Numbered from the stretch's first letter, positions 1 to 10,056 are shown. The stretch: 64,000 nt of DNA from an uncultured Chloroflexia bacterium (GCA_963840145.1 CAWIXR010000002.1:325666-389665), one strand, 5' to 3'. Numbers and translations: made by a program. The notes: generated by a model from the sequence alone, not told the origin.

Positions 1-36
1 CGGTTAGTGCGGCTCTCATCTCAATTCGAGCCGAAC

Positions 37-465
37 TCAGGTCGGTCGCATGAGGTCCCGTGCCTTCGCGACCATCTCGCGAAGTTCTTCCAGGTCGAGA
101 TCCGCCGCCCGCTTGAACTGCAGGTTCGCGCTCCCCGCCTTCACTTTGCCGAGCCGAGGCGCGTACAGCTTGGCAAGCGACACGCCATCTTCGGCGCCGC
201 TGACGTAGAGGCTCAGGTAGTTCTTCTGCACGGCGAGGCCGATGACGAACCACTCGCCCTCGGCGCCGCTGCGGCCCTTGTACCGATACGCCCCGTAGCC
301 AATGATCCGCTGCTCGCTCCCGCCCCAGAACTGCCCCTCCCAGAGCACGCGCTCCTCTCCGGCCATCACCTCGCTGATGACGGCGTCGAGGGTCGCGATG
401 TCCTCGCGCACGGCGTCGGGCAGCGACGCGATGTGCTCGTCGGGTCTCGTCTTCGATCGTTCCAC
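37..465 (-). CDS. DUF1801 domain-containing protein
   Basis: 142-aa ORF with IIGYG.Y.Y...GEWFVIGLAVQKNYLSLY and LGKVKAG..L.FK motifs typical of DUF1801. Confidence 0.75.
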   Translation of the reverse strand: MERSKTRPDEHIASLPDAVREDIATLDAVISEVMAGEERVLWEGQFWGGSEQRIIGYGAYRYKGRSGAEGEWFVIGLAVQKNYLSLYVSGAEDGVSLAKLYAPRLGKVKAGSANLQFKRAADLDLEELREMVAKARDLMRPT

Positions 466-496
466 GGCGCAACTCTAGGATGAGGCAAGGGCGTGC

Positions 497-883
497 TCAA
501 CCATCGGCCGCGGCGGCGCCTTCGGCCATGAGCTCGTCCACGTCGAGAATCGGACGAATCTCGATGCTGCCGATCGCCGCGTCCGGGAGCCGCGCGGCCC
601 AGTCGAGCGCCTCGTCGATGGACGCGCAGTCGATGAGGTAGAAGCCGCCGAGCAGCTCCTTCGACTCGATGAACGGCCCATCGGTCACCATCCGCTTGCC
701 ATCCCGGATCCGCAGCGTCTTCGCCGTGGCGGAGGGCGTGAGCGCCTCGCCGCCGAGGTAGACGCCGGCGTCCTTCATCGCCTCGGTGACCGAGTAGTAG
801 TCGCCCATGGCGGCTGCCTGGGCATCGTCGCCAAGGGCATCCCACTCGCTCTCGGCGCCGTTCAACAGGAGTGCGTACTTCAC
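497..883 (-). CDS. YciI family protein (DGPF-type)
   Basis: VTDGPFIESKELLGGFYLIDC...IEIRP motif; GTG start at 883 preceded by GAGGAGG RBS. Confidence 0.85.
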   Translation of the reverse strand: MKYALLLNGAESEWDALGDDAQAAAMGDYYSVTEAMKDAGVYLGGEALTPSATAKTLRIRDGKRMVTDGPFIESKELLGGFYLIDCASIDEALDWAARLPDAAIGSIEIRPILDVDELMAEGAAAADG

Positions 884-987
884 ACGGGGTTCCTCCTCGT
901 TCGCATGTGGTCGTTCCTGACATCCTCGACGTCCGGCATCGGCCGGATTCGACACGGAGGCTACGATGACGCCAGGAGACCTGCCCA

Positions 988-1398
988 ATGACCGATCCGA
1001 TCGCCGTCCCCATCAACCTCTTCGAGAACGACCGCGAGCTGATGGTGGTGGCACCGATGCCCGGGGTTGCGCCCGAGGACATCAGCATCGACGTCCTCGA
1101 CGACGGCCGGCTGACCCTTCGCTCGCGCATGCACGGCGAGGGGCAGGACCGGATCCGGTACCTGCAGCGCGAGTGGTCGTACGGGCCGTACGAGCGGACG
1201 ATCGAGCTGCCGTGCGCCGTCGACGCGATGCGCGCGAACGTGACCTACGGCAACGGCGTCCTCTCGATCACCTTCCCGAAGTCGGGAACGACGAGCTCCG
1301 GCCGGGTCCTCGTCCAGCGCACCGGCCACACCCGGGGGGTCGCGGCCGGGCACCGCGGGTCCCGCGGCGGGGACCCCGACGGCAACCCCGTCGCGTGA
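988..1398 (+). CDS. Hsp20/alpha-crystallin small heat shock protein
   Basis: PGVAPEDISI, REWSYGPYERTIELP, A.YGNGVLSITFPK motifs. Confidence 0.9.
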   Translation: MTDPIAVPINLFENDRELMVVAPMPGVAPEDISIDVLDDGRLTLRSRMHGEGQDRIRYLQREWSYGPYERTIELPCAVDAMRANVTYGNGVLSITFPKSGTTSSGRVLVQRTGHTRGVAAGHRGSRGGDPDGNPVA

Positions 1399-1877
1399 TC
1401 CTCTACTTCCTGCGCCACGGCAAGGCCGGGTCGCCGCGGGCAACGCACGACGAAGCCCGCGAGCTGACCGATACCGGCGTCAAGGCACTGCGCGCGGCGG
1501 CACCGCTGTGGCGGCGCCTCAACCTGCGGCCGGAGGTCGTCCTCACCAGCCCGCTGGCGCGGGCGCTCCAGACCGCCGAGCTCTTCTGCGAGGCCGTCGG
1601 CGGCGAGCCCATGGTCGACGATCGGCTCCGTCCCGGCGCGGATTGGGGCGACATGGCGCGCGCGATGGCCGCCCATCCCGACGCGCGGCGCGTGATGTTC
1701 GTCGGCCACGAGCCCGACCTCTCCGCCACGGTCGCGGAGCTGAGCGGCGCCGCATCGGTGCGGATGCGCAAGGGCGGCCTGGTCTGCCTCGAGTTCTACG
1801 GCATCCCGGAGCCCGGCGGCGGCGAGATCGCCTGGCTCATCGACCCGGACCTGTACATCCACGACGGAGATGACTGA
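1395..1877 (+). CDS. sixA: SixA-like phosphohistidine phosphatase
   Basis: LYFLRHGKA, TSPLARALQTA, VGHEPDL motifs; GTG start overlaps the Hsp20 stop (GTGA). Confidence 0.8.
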   Translation: MILYFLRHGKAGSPRATHDEARELTDTGVKALRAAAPLWRRLNLRPEVVLTSPLARALQTAELFCEAVGGEPMVDDRLRPGADWGDMARAMAAHPDARRVMFVGHEPDLSATVAELSGAASVRMRKGGLVCLEFYGIPEPGGGEIAWLIDPDLYIHDGDD

Positions 1878-1880
1878 CCG

Positions 1881-2243
1881 ATGCCCGAGTCCGCCGCCGG
1901 CGTTCGCCGCTTCGACGACCCCGACGAGCACCGCGAGTTCCCACTCGGCCGATTCGACCTCGTCCAGGTCGGCGGCATGACCGTCGGGCGCGCCGAGTAC
2001 GAGCCCGGCTGGCGCTGGTCCGAGCACGTTGGGGCGTCGCAGGGCAAGCGCAGCTGCGAGGTGGCGCACATCGGCCTCGTCGTCTCCGGGCGCAACCGGA
2101 TCGAGATGGACGACGGCCGGGTCCTCGAAGTCGGCCCCGGCGACCTCTTCGAGATCGGCCCGGGCCATGACTCGGCGGTCATCGGCGACGAGCCGTACGT
2201 CAGCATTCACCTCCTCGGCGCCGATACCTACGCCGCGAAGTGA
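1881..2243 (+). CDS. Cupin domain protein
   Basis: [22 protein letters not shown]...GPGHD cupin pattern. Confidence 0.8.
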   Translation: MPESAAGVRRFDDPDEHREFPLGRFDLVQVGGMTVGRAEYEPGWRWSEHVGASQGKRSCEVAHIGLVVSGRNRIEMDDGRVLEVGPGDLFEIGPGHDSAVIGDEPYVSIHLLGADTYAAK

Positions 2244-2692
2244 CCGACGAGGCGCGGCGCGTCACCCGCTTCGCTGCCTACGCGCTGTGCACCGATGGCG
2301 ACGCGATCCTTCTGAGCCGCATCGCCCAGGGCGCGACCTCGTCGTCTGACGGGATGTGGACGCTCCCCGGCGGCGGGATCGACTTCGGCGAGCATCCGCG
2401 CGACGCGGCATTGCGCGAGCTGACCGAGGAAACCGGGCTGAGCGGCGAGGTCGTCGACCTGGCCGGCGTCGACTCGTGGGCCGGCAACGTCGTCCTCCCC
2501 GGCGACGGTGTCCCCACCGACTTCCACGCGATCCGCATCCTTTACCGGGTGCGGATCACCGGCGGCGAGTTGCGCGTCGAGGTGGACGGCTCGTCGGACG
2601 CCTGCGCCTGGGTGCCACGCGCGAACCCCGAGGGGCTGCCGCTCGTCGAGCTGGCCGAGGTCGGCATCGGCCTGGCCTTCGACACGCCGTAG
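2240..2692 (+). CDS. NUDIX hydrolase
   Basis: Nudix box [24 protein letters not shown]. Confidence 0.9.
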   Translation: MTDEARRVTRFAAYALCTDGDAILLSRIAQGATSSSDGMWTLPGGGIDFGEHPRDAALRELTEETGLSGEVVDLAGVDSWAGNVVLPGDGVPTDFHAIRILYRVRITGGELRVEVDGSSDACAWVPRANPEGLPLVELAEVGIGLAFDTP

Positions 2693-2702
2693 ACTTCACG
2701 CC

Positions 2703-3113
2703 ATGGCCGATGTCACCCTCCACACCCTGCTGCTCTGCGACTACGCGCTGACCGCACAGGACGGCAAGATCAGCGCGGTCGGCGTCTTCAGCCAGATCAA
2801 CGTCGCCCGCCTGCCGGCCGCCCACGGCCGATGCTTCATCGTCGCCATCCTCGAGGCCTCGCCCGGACCGCACGAGCTGACGATTCAGGTCATCGCGCCG
2901 AGCGGCAAGCCATCGCTCCAGCAGGCACCGCGGCTTCGGATCGAGGTGCCGGCGAACGCCACCAGCGCGAACATCGTCGCCGAGTTGAAGGGGATGCGGC
3001 TCGAGGAGATCGGGCGGCATCGGATCGAGGTCCGCGCGGGCGACCAGATCCTCGGCAGCAGCCCGTTCACCGTCAACCTCATGCTGCGCCAGTCGCAGCC
3101 GGGCAACGCCTGA
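2703..3113 (+). CDS. Conserved hypothetical protein (DUF6941-like)
   Basis: LLCDYA..QDGKISAVGVF N-terminus; ATG 7 nt after TAGACT. Confidence 0.6.
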   Translation: MADVTLHTLLLCDYALTAQDGKISAVGVFSQINVARLPAAHGRCFIVAILEASPGPHELTIQVIAPSGKPSLQQAPRLRIEVPANATSANIVAELKGMRLEEIGRHRIEVRAGDQILGSSPFTVNLMLRQSQPGNA

Positions 3114-3153
3114 CCCAGACTCACGGTTCCCCGAAACCGCGCGTTTCACACGC

Positions 3154-3864
3154 ATGACGAACGAGATGGAACGCGCCTTCTACGCCTCGGACCCCGCGTG
3201 GGACGGCCGGTTCGTTGCCGCCGTTTGCACGACCGGAATTTTCTGCCGCCCGTCGTGCCGCGTCCGCAAGCCGCTGCCGCGCAACGTCGAATACCTGGCC
3301 GATGCCTCCGCCGCGCGCACCGCCGGCTACCGCGCCTGCCTGCGCTGCCAGCCGGAGTCGTCGACGCCGGTGACCCTCCGCGACGTCGAGACACCGGTCG
3401 GACGGATGACGATCGGCGCCACCGAGAGCGCGGTCGTGCTCTGCGACTTCAGCGAGCGTCCGATGATGGCGGCTCAGCTGGCATCCGTCCGTCGCCGGAT
3501 CGGGCCGACCGGCTACGGCGACTCGCCGTTGCTCGACCGGCTCGAGACGCAGCTGCACGAGTACTTCGCCGGCACGCGCGACGACTTCGACCTGCCGATC
3601 GAGATGCCGGGCAGCGCCTTCCAGGAACGGGTCTGGGCCGAGCTGCGCCGCATCCCGTACGGCGAGACGATCAGCTACCGCGAGCTCGCCGCGCGGGTCG
3701 ATGCCGGTGGCGCGTACCGCGCCATCGGCCGCGCCAACGGCTCGAACCGGCTGGCCGTCATCGTGCCCTGCCACCGCGTGGTGGCGGCGGGCGGAGGCCT
3801 CGGCGGGTACGGCGGTGGGCTGGACGCGAAGCGGCTACTGCTCGACCTGGAGGCGCGCGCCTAG
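3154..3864 (+). CDS. Methylated-DNA-protein-cysteine methyltransferase with N-terminal Ada Zn-binding domain
   Basis: TTGIFCRPSC...ACLRC Ada metal site, then PCHRV active site. Confidence 0.9.
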   Translation: MTNEMERAFYASDPAWDGRFVAAVCTTGIFCRPSCRVRKPLPRNVEYLADASAARTAGYRACLRCQPESSTPVTLRDVETPVGRMTIGATESAVVLCDFSERPMMAAQLASVRRRIGPTGYGDSPLLDRLETQLHEYFAGTRDDFDLPIEMPGSAFQERVWAELRRIPYGETISYRELAARVDAGGAYRAIGRANGSNRLAVIVPCHRVVAAGGGLGGYGGGLDAKRLLLDLEARA

Positions 3865-4514
3865 CGTTCCTCGCGCCACGCCACCAGCACGCCGACGTCG
3901 TCGTACTTCCAGACCACGTCGACGGCCGCGAATCCCGCCGCGGTCAGCCACGTCAGGTGCTCCGCGGCGGTATCGGGGTGGTCGTGCTCGATCTCGTGCG
4001 GGTCCGGCTCGTCGGGCAGGTCGTAGAGCTCGGAGAGGCGGTCCATGGCCGGGCGGAAGTAGTCGGCGAGGAGGAAGACGCCGCCCGGCTCGATGTGCTC
4101 CCAGATGCGGCTGAAGAGGTGCCGCTTCTCGTCGGGGTAGAGGTGGTGGACGGCGAGGATGCTGACGATCGCGTCGTAGGTGCCGTCCAGCTCGGGCCGC
4201 GCGATGTCGCTCAGCCGCAGGTCGACCCGCGACTCGAGCCCGGTGAGCTTCTCTCGACCCCGGTCGAGCATCTCGTTCGAAACGTCGAGGCCGACCGCAC
4301 GCGCCGACGGGAACGCCTCGAGCACGCGTCGCAGCGTGTAGCCGGTGCCCGAGCCGAGGTCCAGGAAGCGCTCCGGGGGCTTCAGGGCGAGGAGCGCGAG
4401 CAGGGTGTCGTGGATCTCCTCGTAGCGCGGGACCATCTCGCGGATCTGGGTGTCGTAGGACGGCGCCCAGGCGTCGAAGTGGTGGCCGACGCCCAGGCCG
4501 GTCGGGTCGGTCAC
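3861..4514 (-). CDS. Class I SAM-dependent methyltransferase
   Basis: LDLGSGTG motif I, YDAIVSILAVHHL, PGGVFLLAD; GTG start overlaps the fabI stop. Confidence 0.85.
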   Translation of the reverse strand: MTDPTGLGVGHHFDAWAPSYDTQIREMVPRYEEIHDTLLALLALKPPERFLDLGSGTGYTLRRVLEAFPSARAVGLDVSNEMLDRGREKLTGLESRVDLRLSDIARPELDGTYDAIVSILAVHHLYPDEKRHLFSRIWEHIEPGGVFLLADYFRPAMDRLSELYDLPDEPDPHEIEHDHPDTAAEHLTWLTAAGFAAVDVVWKYDDVGVLVAWREER

Positions 4515-5299
4515 CGGACGGGGGCACCCATCGCGTGATAGCCGCCGTCGACGTGGATCATCTCGCCGGTCGTCATCGGCGCCCAGTCGCTCATCAGGAA
4601 GGCGCACATCTGTCCCACCGGGGTCGCATCGGTCAGCGACCAGTCCAGCGGCGCGCGCTCGGCCCAGGTGCCGGCGATGGCGTCGAAGCCGGGGATGCTC
4701 TTGCCGGCCATCGTGCGGATCGGTCCGGCCGAGACGGTGTTGACCCGGATGCCGAAGGGACCAAGGTCGCGCGCCAGGTAGCGGGTGGTCGCCTCGAGGC
4801 CGGCCTTGGCCACGCCCATCCAGTCGTAGATCGGCCAGGCGAAGCGACCGTCGAAGGTGAGCGACACGACCGATGCGCCGCCATCGGCCCCGGCGACCTT
4901 CAGGGGCTCGAGGAGGCCGGCGGACAGCGCCTTCAGCGAGTAGGCCGAGGTCTGCAGCGCGATCGCGACGCTCTCCCACGGCGCGGTCAGGAAGTTGCCG
5001 CCCAGCGCGTCCTGCGGCGCGAAGGCGATCCCGTGGAGGACGCCGTCGACGCGACCCCACCGGCGCATCAGCTCGTCGGAGATCGTGCTGACGTCGTCGG
5101 GGGCGTTGACGTCCATCTGCATGACGTCCGGCGTGGTCGGCAGCTTCTTCGCCACCTTCTCGGTGAGCCGCACCCCCTTGCCGACGTTCGTCAGCAGGAC
5201 CTCGGCGCCGGCCTCCTGGGCCACCCGCGCCACGGAGAAGGCGATGCTGTCGTCCGTCAGGACGCCGGTGATGAGCAGCTTCTTGCCTTCGAGCAGCAT
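4511..5299 (-). CDS. fabI: Enoyl-ACP reductase (FabI/InhA type)
   Basis: GKKLLITGVLTDDSIAF, YDWMGVAK catalytic YxxxxxxK, SAGPIRT. Confidence 0.92.
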   Translation of the reverse strand: MLLEGKKLLITGVLTDDSIAFSVARVAQEAGAEVLLTNVGKGVRLTEKVAKKLPTTPDVMQMDVNAPDDVSTISDELMRRWGRVDGVLHGIAFAPQDALGGNFLTAPWESVAIALQTSAYSLKALSAGLLEPLKVAGADGGASVVSLTFDGRFAWPIYDWMGVAKAGLEATTRYLARDLGPFGIRVNTVSAGPIRTMAGKSIPGFDAIAGTWAERAPLDWSLTDATPVGQMCAFLMSDWAPMTTGEMIHVDGGYHAMGAPVR

Positions 5300-5447
5300 G
5301 TCGGGCTGTCCCTCAGTGCGAGCGATGGACGATGCGAGCCTTGCGGCGCATCTGGGCCCGATTGTACCCGCGGCCCCGGTCAGCCCTGCGGGATGCCCCG
5401 GGTGTTGCATGCGCCGCGTCGTGCATCGGTCTAGCATTCGCCGACCG

Positions 5448-5912
5448 ATGATGGTTCGCCTCTACGACTACGACGTGCCCGCCGCCGATCCGGAGGCCGG
5501 CGTCCCCGCCCTTCGGCCGCTGCTCGAGGGTCTCGGCGACGTCGAGCGCCGCACGCTCCTGACCGGCCTCTTCAAGCCGGAGCGGATGCCGGGCACGATG
5601 GAGCGGCTGACGACGCTGGTCGAGGACCTGGACGCGAGCTTCGAGAACGCACTCGTCACGCTCGACAATGCGGGACGCAACCGGCGCTTCGTGGCGATCG
5701 ACGAGGCGAAGGCCATCCTCGACCGATGGCTGCCGGAGACGGCGGTTGCCGGCGTGCGCGAGTGGGACGTGGCTCGTCTGCTCGAGCCGTACGGCGACGG
5801 CACGTATCACGGCAAGCTGCTGAAGCGGACCCGCAAGCAGCTACGATCGGTCTCCAGCCGGGAGGCGCTGACGACGCCGTTCCTCTTCCGCCGCACCTGG
5901 AGCGCAGCATGA
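5448..5912 (+). CDS. Hypothetical protein
   Basis: Coding-like GC3 bias; TAGCAT -10 upstream; no recognisable motif. Confidence 0.55.
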   Translation: MMVRLYDYDVPAADPEAGVPALRPLLEGLGDVERRTLLTGLFKPERMPGTMERLTTLVEDLDASFENALVTLDNAGRNRRFVAIDEAKAILDRWLPETAVAGVREWDVARLLEPYGDGTYHGKLLKRTRKQLRSVSSREALTTPFLFRRTWSAA

Positions 5913-6055
5913 GCCGATCCCAGCGCAAGCGCGGGCGCCCCTACCAGCCGATGCCGCGCCGCTCGAACCCGTGGATCGCGCGGCTCGTGATCGTGGCGAT
6001 CGGAGTGCTGCTGATCTTCGGCTCCCTGGCCATCTTCACCTCGACCACGCCCTAG
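5909..6055 (+). CDS. Small single-pass membrane protein (48 aa)
   Basis: ATGA overlap with the previous stop; basic N-terminus plus hydrophobic helix LVIVAIGVLLIFGSLAIF. Confidence 0.55.
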   Translation: MSRSQRKRGRPYQPMPRRSNPWIARLVIVAIGVLLIFGSLAIFTSTTP

Positions 6056-7218
6056 AGCGTCTCCTCCAGCAGCGTCCGCACGTGGAGCAGCAGCTTCACG
6101 AGCTCTGGCGCCGCGGCCACGAAGTCGATGTCGTCAGGCTGCACGTGGTCGAAGAGGCGGAACTCGGTGTGCGAGCGCAGCAATCCGGCGTCGCCATAGA
6201 CCGATGCGAGCGCCCGCGACTCGACGAACGGCACGTGGTGATCCTCCGTCTCGTGCATCAGGTGCGTCTCGGCACGCAGGCCGGCGGCGTGGCGCGCGGG
6301 CGAGATCGCGTCGATGAAGGCAAGACTCGGCGCCGGGAGCGCCGCGATGGCGCGTTCCGCATCGGCCAGCGATGCGGCCGTCAGCAGGTCGTGGATCGTG
6401 CGCGCGGCGTACGTCTCGAGCGAATCGCGCAGCTCCCGGTCCGGCGGCGGCCGCTCCGCGGCCAGCACGGCGTCGCCGAGGGCATCCTCCAGCGCCCGGC
6501 GGTCGTCGGTGTCCGTGACCTGGTCGAGCATGAAGCCCAGGTAGATCTCGCGCGCCAGCTCTGACGGCGTCCATGCGACCTCCTCGCCCTCGCCGGTGCG
6601 GTAGGCGTGCGCCGAGACCGCCGCCAGGTACGTTGAGGCATCGGCGAAGGCGCCGAAGGCATTCACCCACTGCACCTCGTCGGCGATGCGCGGGTCCGTG
6701 GCGGCCAGCAGGGCGAGCGAGCCGCCGACGCTGAACCCGACGATCCCGACGCGATCCGGGTCGACCTCTGGCCGCGCGGCGAGGAGCTCGAATGCACGGA
6801 CGACGCCGTCGACCTCGCCGGCCTCCAGGCGTCCCTCGAGCAGCACGCGCGAGTCGGGCACGAGCACGGCCACGCCGGTGCGGGCGAGGCCGTCGGCCAC
6901 GCGCTCCACGACCGGGTGGTTGCGCCCGACATTGTTGACGCCGAGCACGAGGAGCATCGCGCCGGCCGGCTCCTCGGCCGATGCCCACGCCGGCAGCCAC
7001 AGCTCCGCCAGCTCAGGGTCGCCGCCATCGGTCCCCGGGCGGTACTCGACCGCCGTCCGCTGCGGGGCCTCGCTGAAGAGGGAGAGCGGCTTCGGGCCAG
7101 CGTCGAGCAGGTTGGGCAGCAGGACGGCGGTCTGGATGGCGACCCGCGTCGGCTCCCACGCCACGGCGAGGACGGCGAGGACCAGCAGGACGATGCCGAT
7201 GCGCCGTAGCCAGGCCAT
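6052..7218 (-). CDS. Membrane-anchored alpha/beta hydrolase
   Basis: N-terminal TM; GFSVGG nucleophile elbow; D-H-H-V-P and late His. Confidence 0.75.
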   Translation of the reverse strand: MAWLRRIGIVLLVLAVLAVAWEPTRVAIQTAVLLPNLLDAGPKPLSLFSEAPQRTAVEYRPGTDGGDPELAELWLPAWASAEEPAGAMLLVLGVNNVGRNHPVVERVADGLARTGVAVLVPDSRVLLEGRLEAGEVDGVVRAFELLAARPEVDPDRVGIVGFSVGGSLALLAATDPRIADEVQWVNAFGAFADASTYLAAVSAHAYRTGEGEEVAWTPSELAREIYLGFMLDQVTDTDDRRALEDALGDAVLAAERPPPDRELRDSLETYAARTIHDLLTAASLADAERAIAALPAPSLAFIDAISPARHAAGLRAETHLMHETEDHHVPFVESRALASVYGDAGLLRSHTEFRLFDHVQPDDIDFVAAAPELVKLLLHVRTLLEETL

Positions 7219-7239
7219 CGGCCAATCCTACGGTGCGCG

Positions 7240-8244
7240 TCAGCGGGCGGCGTGCCTCCGCTCGGCCCGATCCTGGACCTGGAGGCGGAGGCGGTAGAGG
7301 ACGTTCCACTCCTCCGAGTTCAGGCTGGCCCGATCGATTCGGACCTGGATGCGGTCGAGCCGGCCGCGCAGCCGATCCAGGTCGCCGTTCGCCTCGCTGC
7401 CGGCGTTCACCAGCGCGTCCTCGAGCTGCTGCGCCTCGTCGTTCCAGGTCAGGTAGGCGTCGCAGAAGGCGACCTCGCGCGCGACCGCGGCCCGCACCTC
7501 GTAGGCGCGCTCCTTCGGGCCGTTGATCGAGATGTTCGTCGCGTACGCGAGCACCTCGAGGTCGCCGGCGTCGATGCGGATCGGCTCGCCGCGCACGACG
7601 GCGCCGAGGAGGTGCCGCGCCGGGAAGGCGACGGTCCGCATCGGCCAGCTCTTCGGGCCTGTCGCCTCGCTGACCGCGTAGTCGTCGATGCCCGCGGCCT
7701 TCAGCGCCGTCTTCACGGCCTCGAGCAGGTCGTCGTCATCGGTGTCGGAGCGCATGACGAGCGGGACCTGGACGAGCTTCCGCTTCTGGCGCCAGCGCTG
7801 GAACAGCAGAAACGGAGTGAGCACGACCATCTCCAGCACCGCCAGGCCGAGCATGAAGGTCGCCGGATACGAGACCGGCACGAGCCCCACCCACGTCCGG
7901 AGGTCGCGCTTCTCCAGGAAGCCGCCGTAGACGGCCGACGCGGCCACGCCGGGCGGCCCCAGGACGATCGCCGCGAGCAGCCCGAGGTAGTGGATGGGCT
8001 CGACGTCGAAGTTCCGCTCGATCACGCGAGTCGCCTCCAGGAGCGCGCCGGCGAAGATCGGGATCGCGAAGCCGAAGAGGACGACCAGCCACCCCAGGGA
8101 GAGCAGGCTGACGACGGCGAGGATCCGTCCCTGGCGCCCCGGGACCTGCCCGAAATAGAGCGCAGTCGCCCAGCCGAGCGCGAACGAGGCCGAGCGGCTG
8201 ACGGCCTGCCACGCCACGATGAGCACGAACGGGAGGAACGGCAT
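7240..8244 (-). CDS. Hypothetical multi-pass membrane protein
   Basis: About 4 hydrophobic segments then a soluble C-terminal domain; GC3 bias. Confidence 0.65.
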   Translation of the reverse strand: MPFLPFVLIVAWQAVSRSASFALGWATALYFGQVPGRQGRILAVVSLLSLGWLVVLFGFAIPIFAGALLEATRVIERNFDVEPIHYLGLLAAIVLGPPGVAASAVYGGFLEKRDLRTWVGLVPVSYPATFMLGLAVLEMVVLTPFLLFQRWRQKRKLVQVPLVMRSDTDDDDLLEAVKTALKAAGIDDYAVSEATGPKSWPMRTVAFPARHLLGAVVRGEPIRIDAGDLEVLAYATNISINGPKERAYEVRAAVAREVAFCDAYLTWNDEAQQLEDALVNAGSEANGDLDRLRGRLDRIQVRIDRASLNSEEWNVLYRLRLQVQDRAERRHAAR

Positions 8245-8257
8245 GCTCCGACACGAC

Positions 8258-8272
8258 GCAAGCGACGTGCCG
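8258..8272 (-). promoter_or_regulatory. Sigma54 (-24/-12) promoter candidate
   Basis: CGGCACGTCGCTTGC: GG-N10-GC, near-perfect consensus, 13 nt upstream of ATG 8244. Confidence 0.65.
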
Positions 8273-8298
8273 AGCGCTCGGCCGCCGCGTGCCGGAGC

Positions 8299-8742
8299 TC
8301 AGTCCAGGGCGAGCGGACGAACCGTCATGACGCTGTCGACGCGGCCCTCCCACTCGTCGCGCGGGGCGTCGCAGTAGAGCTCGATCTCGTTGCCGTCGGG
8401 GTCCGCGGTGTAGAGGCTGCGGCTCACGCCGTGGTCAGCCGACCCGCGCAGCAGCCCGTGCTCGGAGAGGACGGCGTGGGCCCGCTTCACGGCCTCCCAG
8501 TCGGCGAGCTGGATGGCGACGTGGTAGAGGCCGACGGCCGTAGGGACCGGCGACGGAGCCGAGTCGCCGACTCGAAGAAGGGCCAGGTCGTGATGGTTCT
8601 CGCCGGTGGCAGTCAGGAAGATCATCACGTTGCTCATCTCGCTCGCCACGCGGAATCCGAGCAGGTCGCGGTAGAACGCGAGAGACCGATCCAGGTCGCG
8701 GACCTTGAGCACCACGTGTCCCACCCGAACCGGCTGGAGCAT
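8299..8742 (-). CDS. VOC/glyoxalase family protein
   Basis: GHVVLKVRDLDRSLAFY, HHDLAL, GLYHVA, DPDGNEIELY. Confidence 0.9.
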   Translation of the reverse strand: MLQPVRVGHVVLKVRDLDRSLAFYRDLLGFRVASEMSNVMIFLTATGENHHDLALLRVGDSAPSPVPTAVGLYHVAIQLADWEAVKRAHAVLSEHGLLRGSADHGVSRSLYTADPDGNEIELYCDAPRDEWEGRVDSVMTVRPLALD

Positions 8743-8790
8743 CCAACGATGCTACCCCAAGGTCGTATCCGCCGGGCGAGCAAGCGACTG

Positions 8791-9378
8791 CTAGGGAAGC
8801 CCCAGCTTCGCGCGACACGCGGGCCACGGCTGGTAGCCGCGCGCGGCGCGCAGGCGTTCCGCCACGACGATCTGCTCGTCGCGCGTTGCCTCGTGCGGGT
8901 ACGCGGCGAACTCCGCTCCCCCGTACCCGTTCCAGGTGCCCAGCGAGAACTGGAGGCCGCCGTAGTAGCCGTTGCCGGTGTTGATCGCCCAGTTGCCGCC
9001 CGACTCGCACTTCGCCAGCGCGTCCCAGACGCTGCCGCCGCTGAAGGTCGCCGTGGGTCGTGGGGCGGCGGGGACCGGTGCCGATGCCGCGACGGGGACG
9101 GCGAACAGCGTCGCCTCCATCGGGACTGGGACGGGGGCGTCGACCTCTTGCGGCGCCACGGCCTCCGGGCCGGTCGCCGCGCCGACGCTCTGACCGCGGG
9201 CCGACAGGATCCCGCCGCGAGGCGTATCGGCGCGGGGCGCGCCGCCTCGATGGACGAGCAGCTGGTCGCTGGGCACGTCGGGAAGCTCGGCCAGCGAGCG
9301 GGCGGAGAGCGGTGCGAGGACCGCGATGCCGGCGACGGCGATGAGGACGAGGAGCAGGACGCGTCGAATGATGATCAT
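8791..9378 (-). CDS. Secreted resuscitation-promoting factor (Rpf/transglycosylase domain)
   Basis: WDALAKCESGGNWAINTGNGYYGGLQF..TW...EQI.VAE..QPWPAC Rpf domain; N-terminal signal/TM. Confidence 0.92.
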   Translation of the reverse strand: MIIIRRVLLLVLIAVAGIAVLAPLSARSLAELPDVPSDQLLVHRGGAPRADTPRGGILSARGQSVGAATGPEAVAPQEVDAPVPVPMEATLFAVPVAASAPVPAAPRPTATFSGGSVWDALAKCESGGNWAINTGNGYYGGLQFSLGTWNGYGGAEFAAYPHEATRDEQIVVAERLRAARGYQPWPACRAKLGLP

Positions 9379-9384
9379 CGGCCT

Positions 9385-10056
9385 CTAGCCGCCCAGGTCG
9401 AGCGTGACGATGATGACGCCGGCGCTGCGTGGCCGATCGGTGACCAGCGCCCAGGCCGCCGCGGAGAGGTCGGCGACGCGCTGGCTCGAGGTGCCCCAGT
9501 AGCAGCCGCAGTAGTCGACGACCGGCAGCTCGACGCAGCGATCGGCGCAGACGGTCACGTACCCGAGGACGCCGCGTCCGCCGGCTCCGCCCAGCGCGCC
9601 GGGCAGGGCAACGAAGGCATCGGCGGGGGTGAAGCCGTAGGGGCATGTGCCGACCTTGTGGCAGTACCACGATGCGCGGCCGGTGATCGCCGAGCCGGAT
9701 GGGGCGGCGGCCGCGGGCGGCGGCGCGGGGGCGGTGACGATCGCCGGCTTCGGAGTCGGAACCGGAACCAGGGTCGCCTCCATCGTTACGGATCCCGGGG
9801 TCGGGAGGGCGACGGCGGCGAGGTTCTCGGCGGCGCCGGCGGTCGGGGCGGTGGCGGCAAGGTCACCGTTGGCCACGCGGTCGGCGAGCAGGCTGCGCGC
9901 CTGGGTCGAAGTTGCGTCAGGAAGCCCGGCAAGCAGCGGCACGACCTCGATCGCAGCCTCGGGGCGGGCGGATCGGGCGGTGAGTGGCGCGAGGAGCGCG
10001 ATGCCCATGACGCTCACGGCTGTCAGTGCGGCGACTCGCCGCAGCAGGTCCGGCAA
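9385..10056 (-). CDS. Secreted RlpA-like/expansin-like double-psi beta-barrel protein
   Basis: Signal peptide, Pro/Ala linker, C-terminal TGRASWY...VVDYC...DLSAAAW DPBB pattern; start codon uncertain. Confidence 0.7.
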   Translation of the reverse strand: MPDLLRRVAALTAVSVMGIALLAPLTARSARPEAAIEVVPLLAGLPDATSTQARSLLADRVANGDLAATAPTAGAAENLAAVALPTPGSVTMEATLVPVPTPKPAIVTAPAPPPAAAAPSGSAITGRASWYCHKVGTCPYGFTPADAFVALPGALGGAGGRGVLGYVTVCADRCVELPVVDYCGCYWGTSSQRVADLSAAAWALVTDRPRSAGVIIVTLDLGG

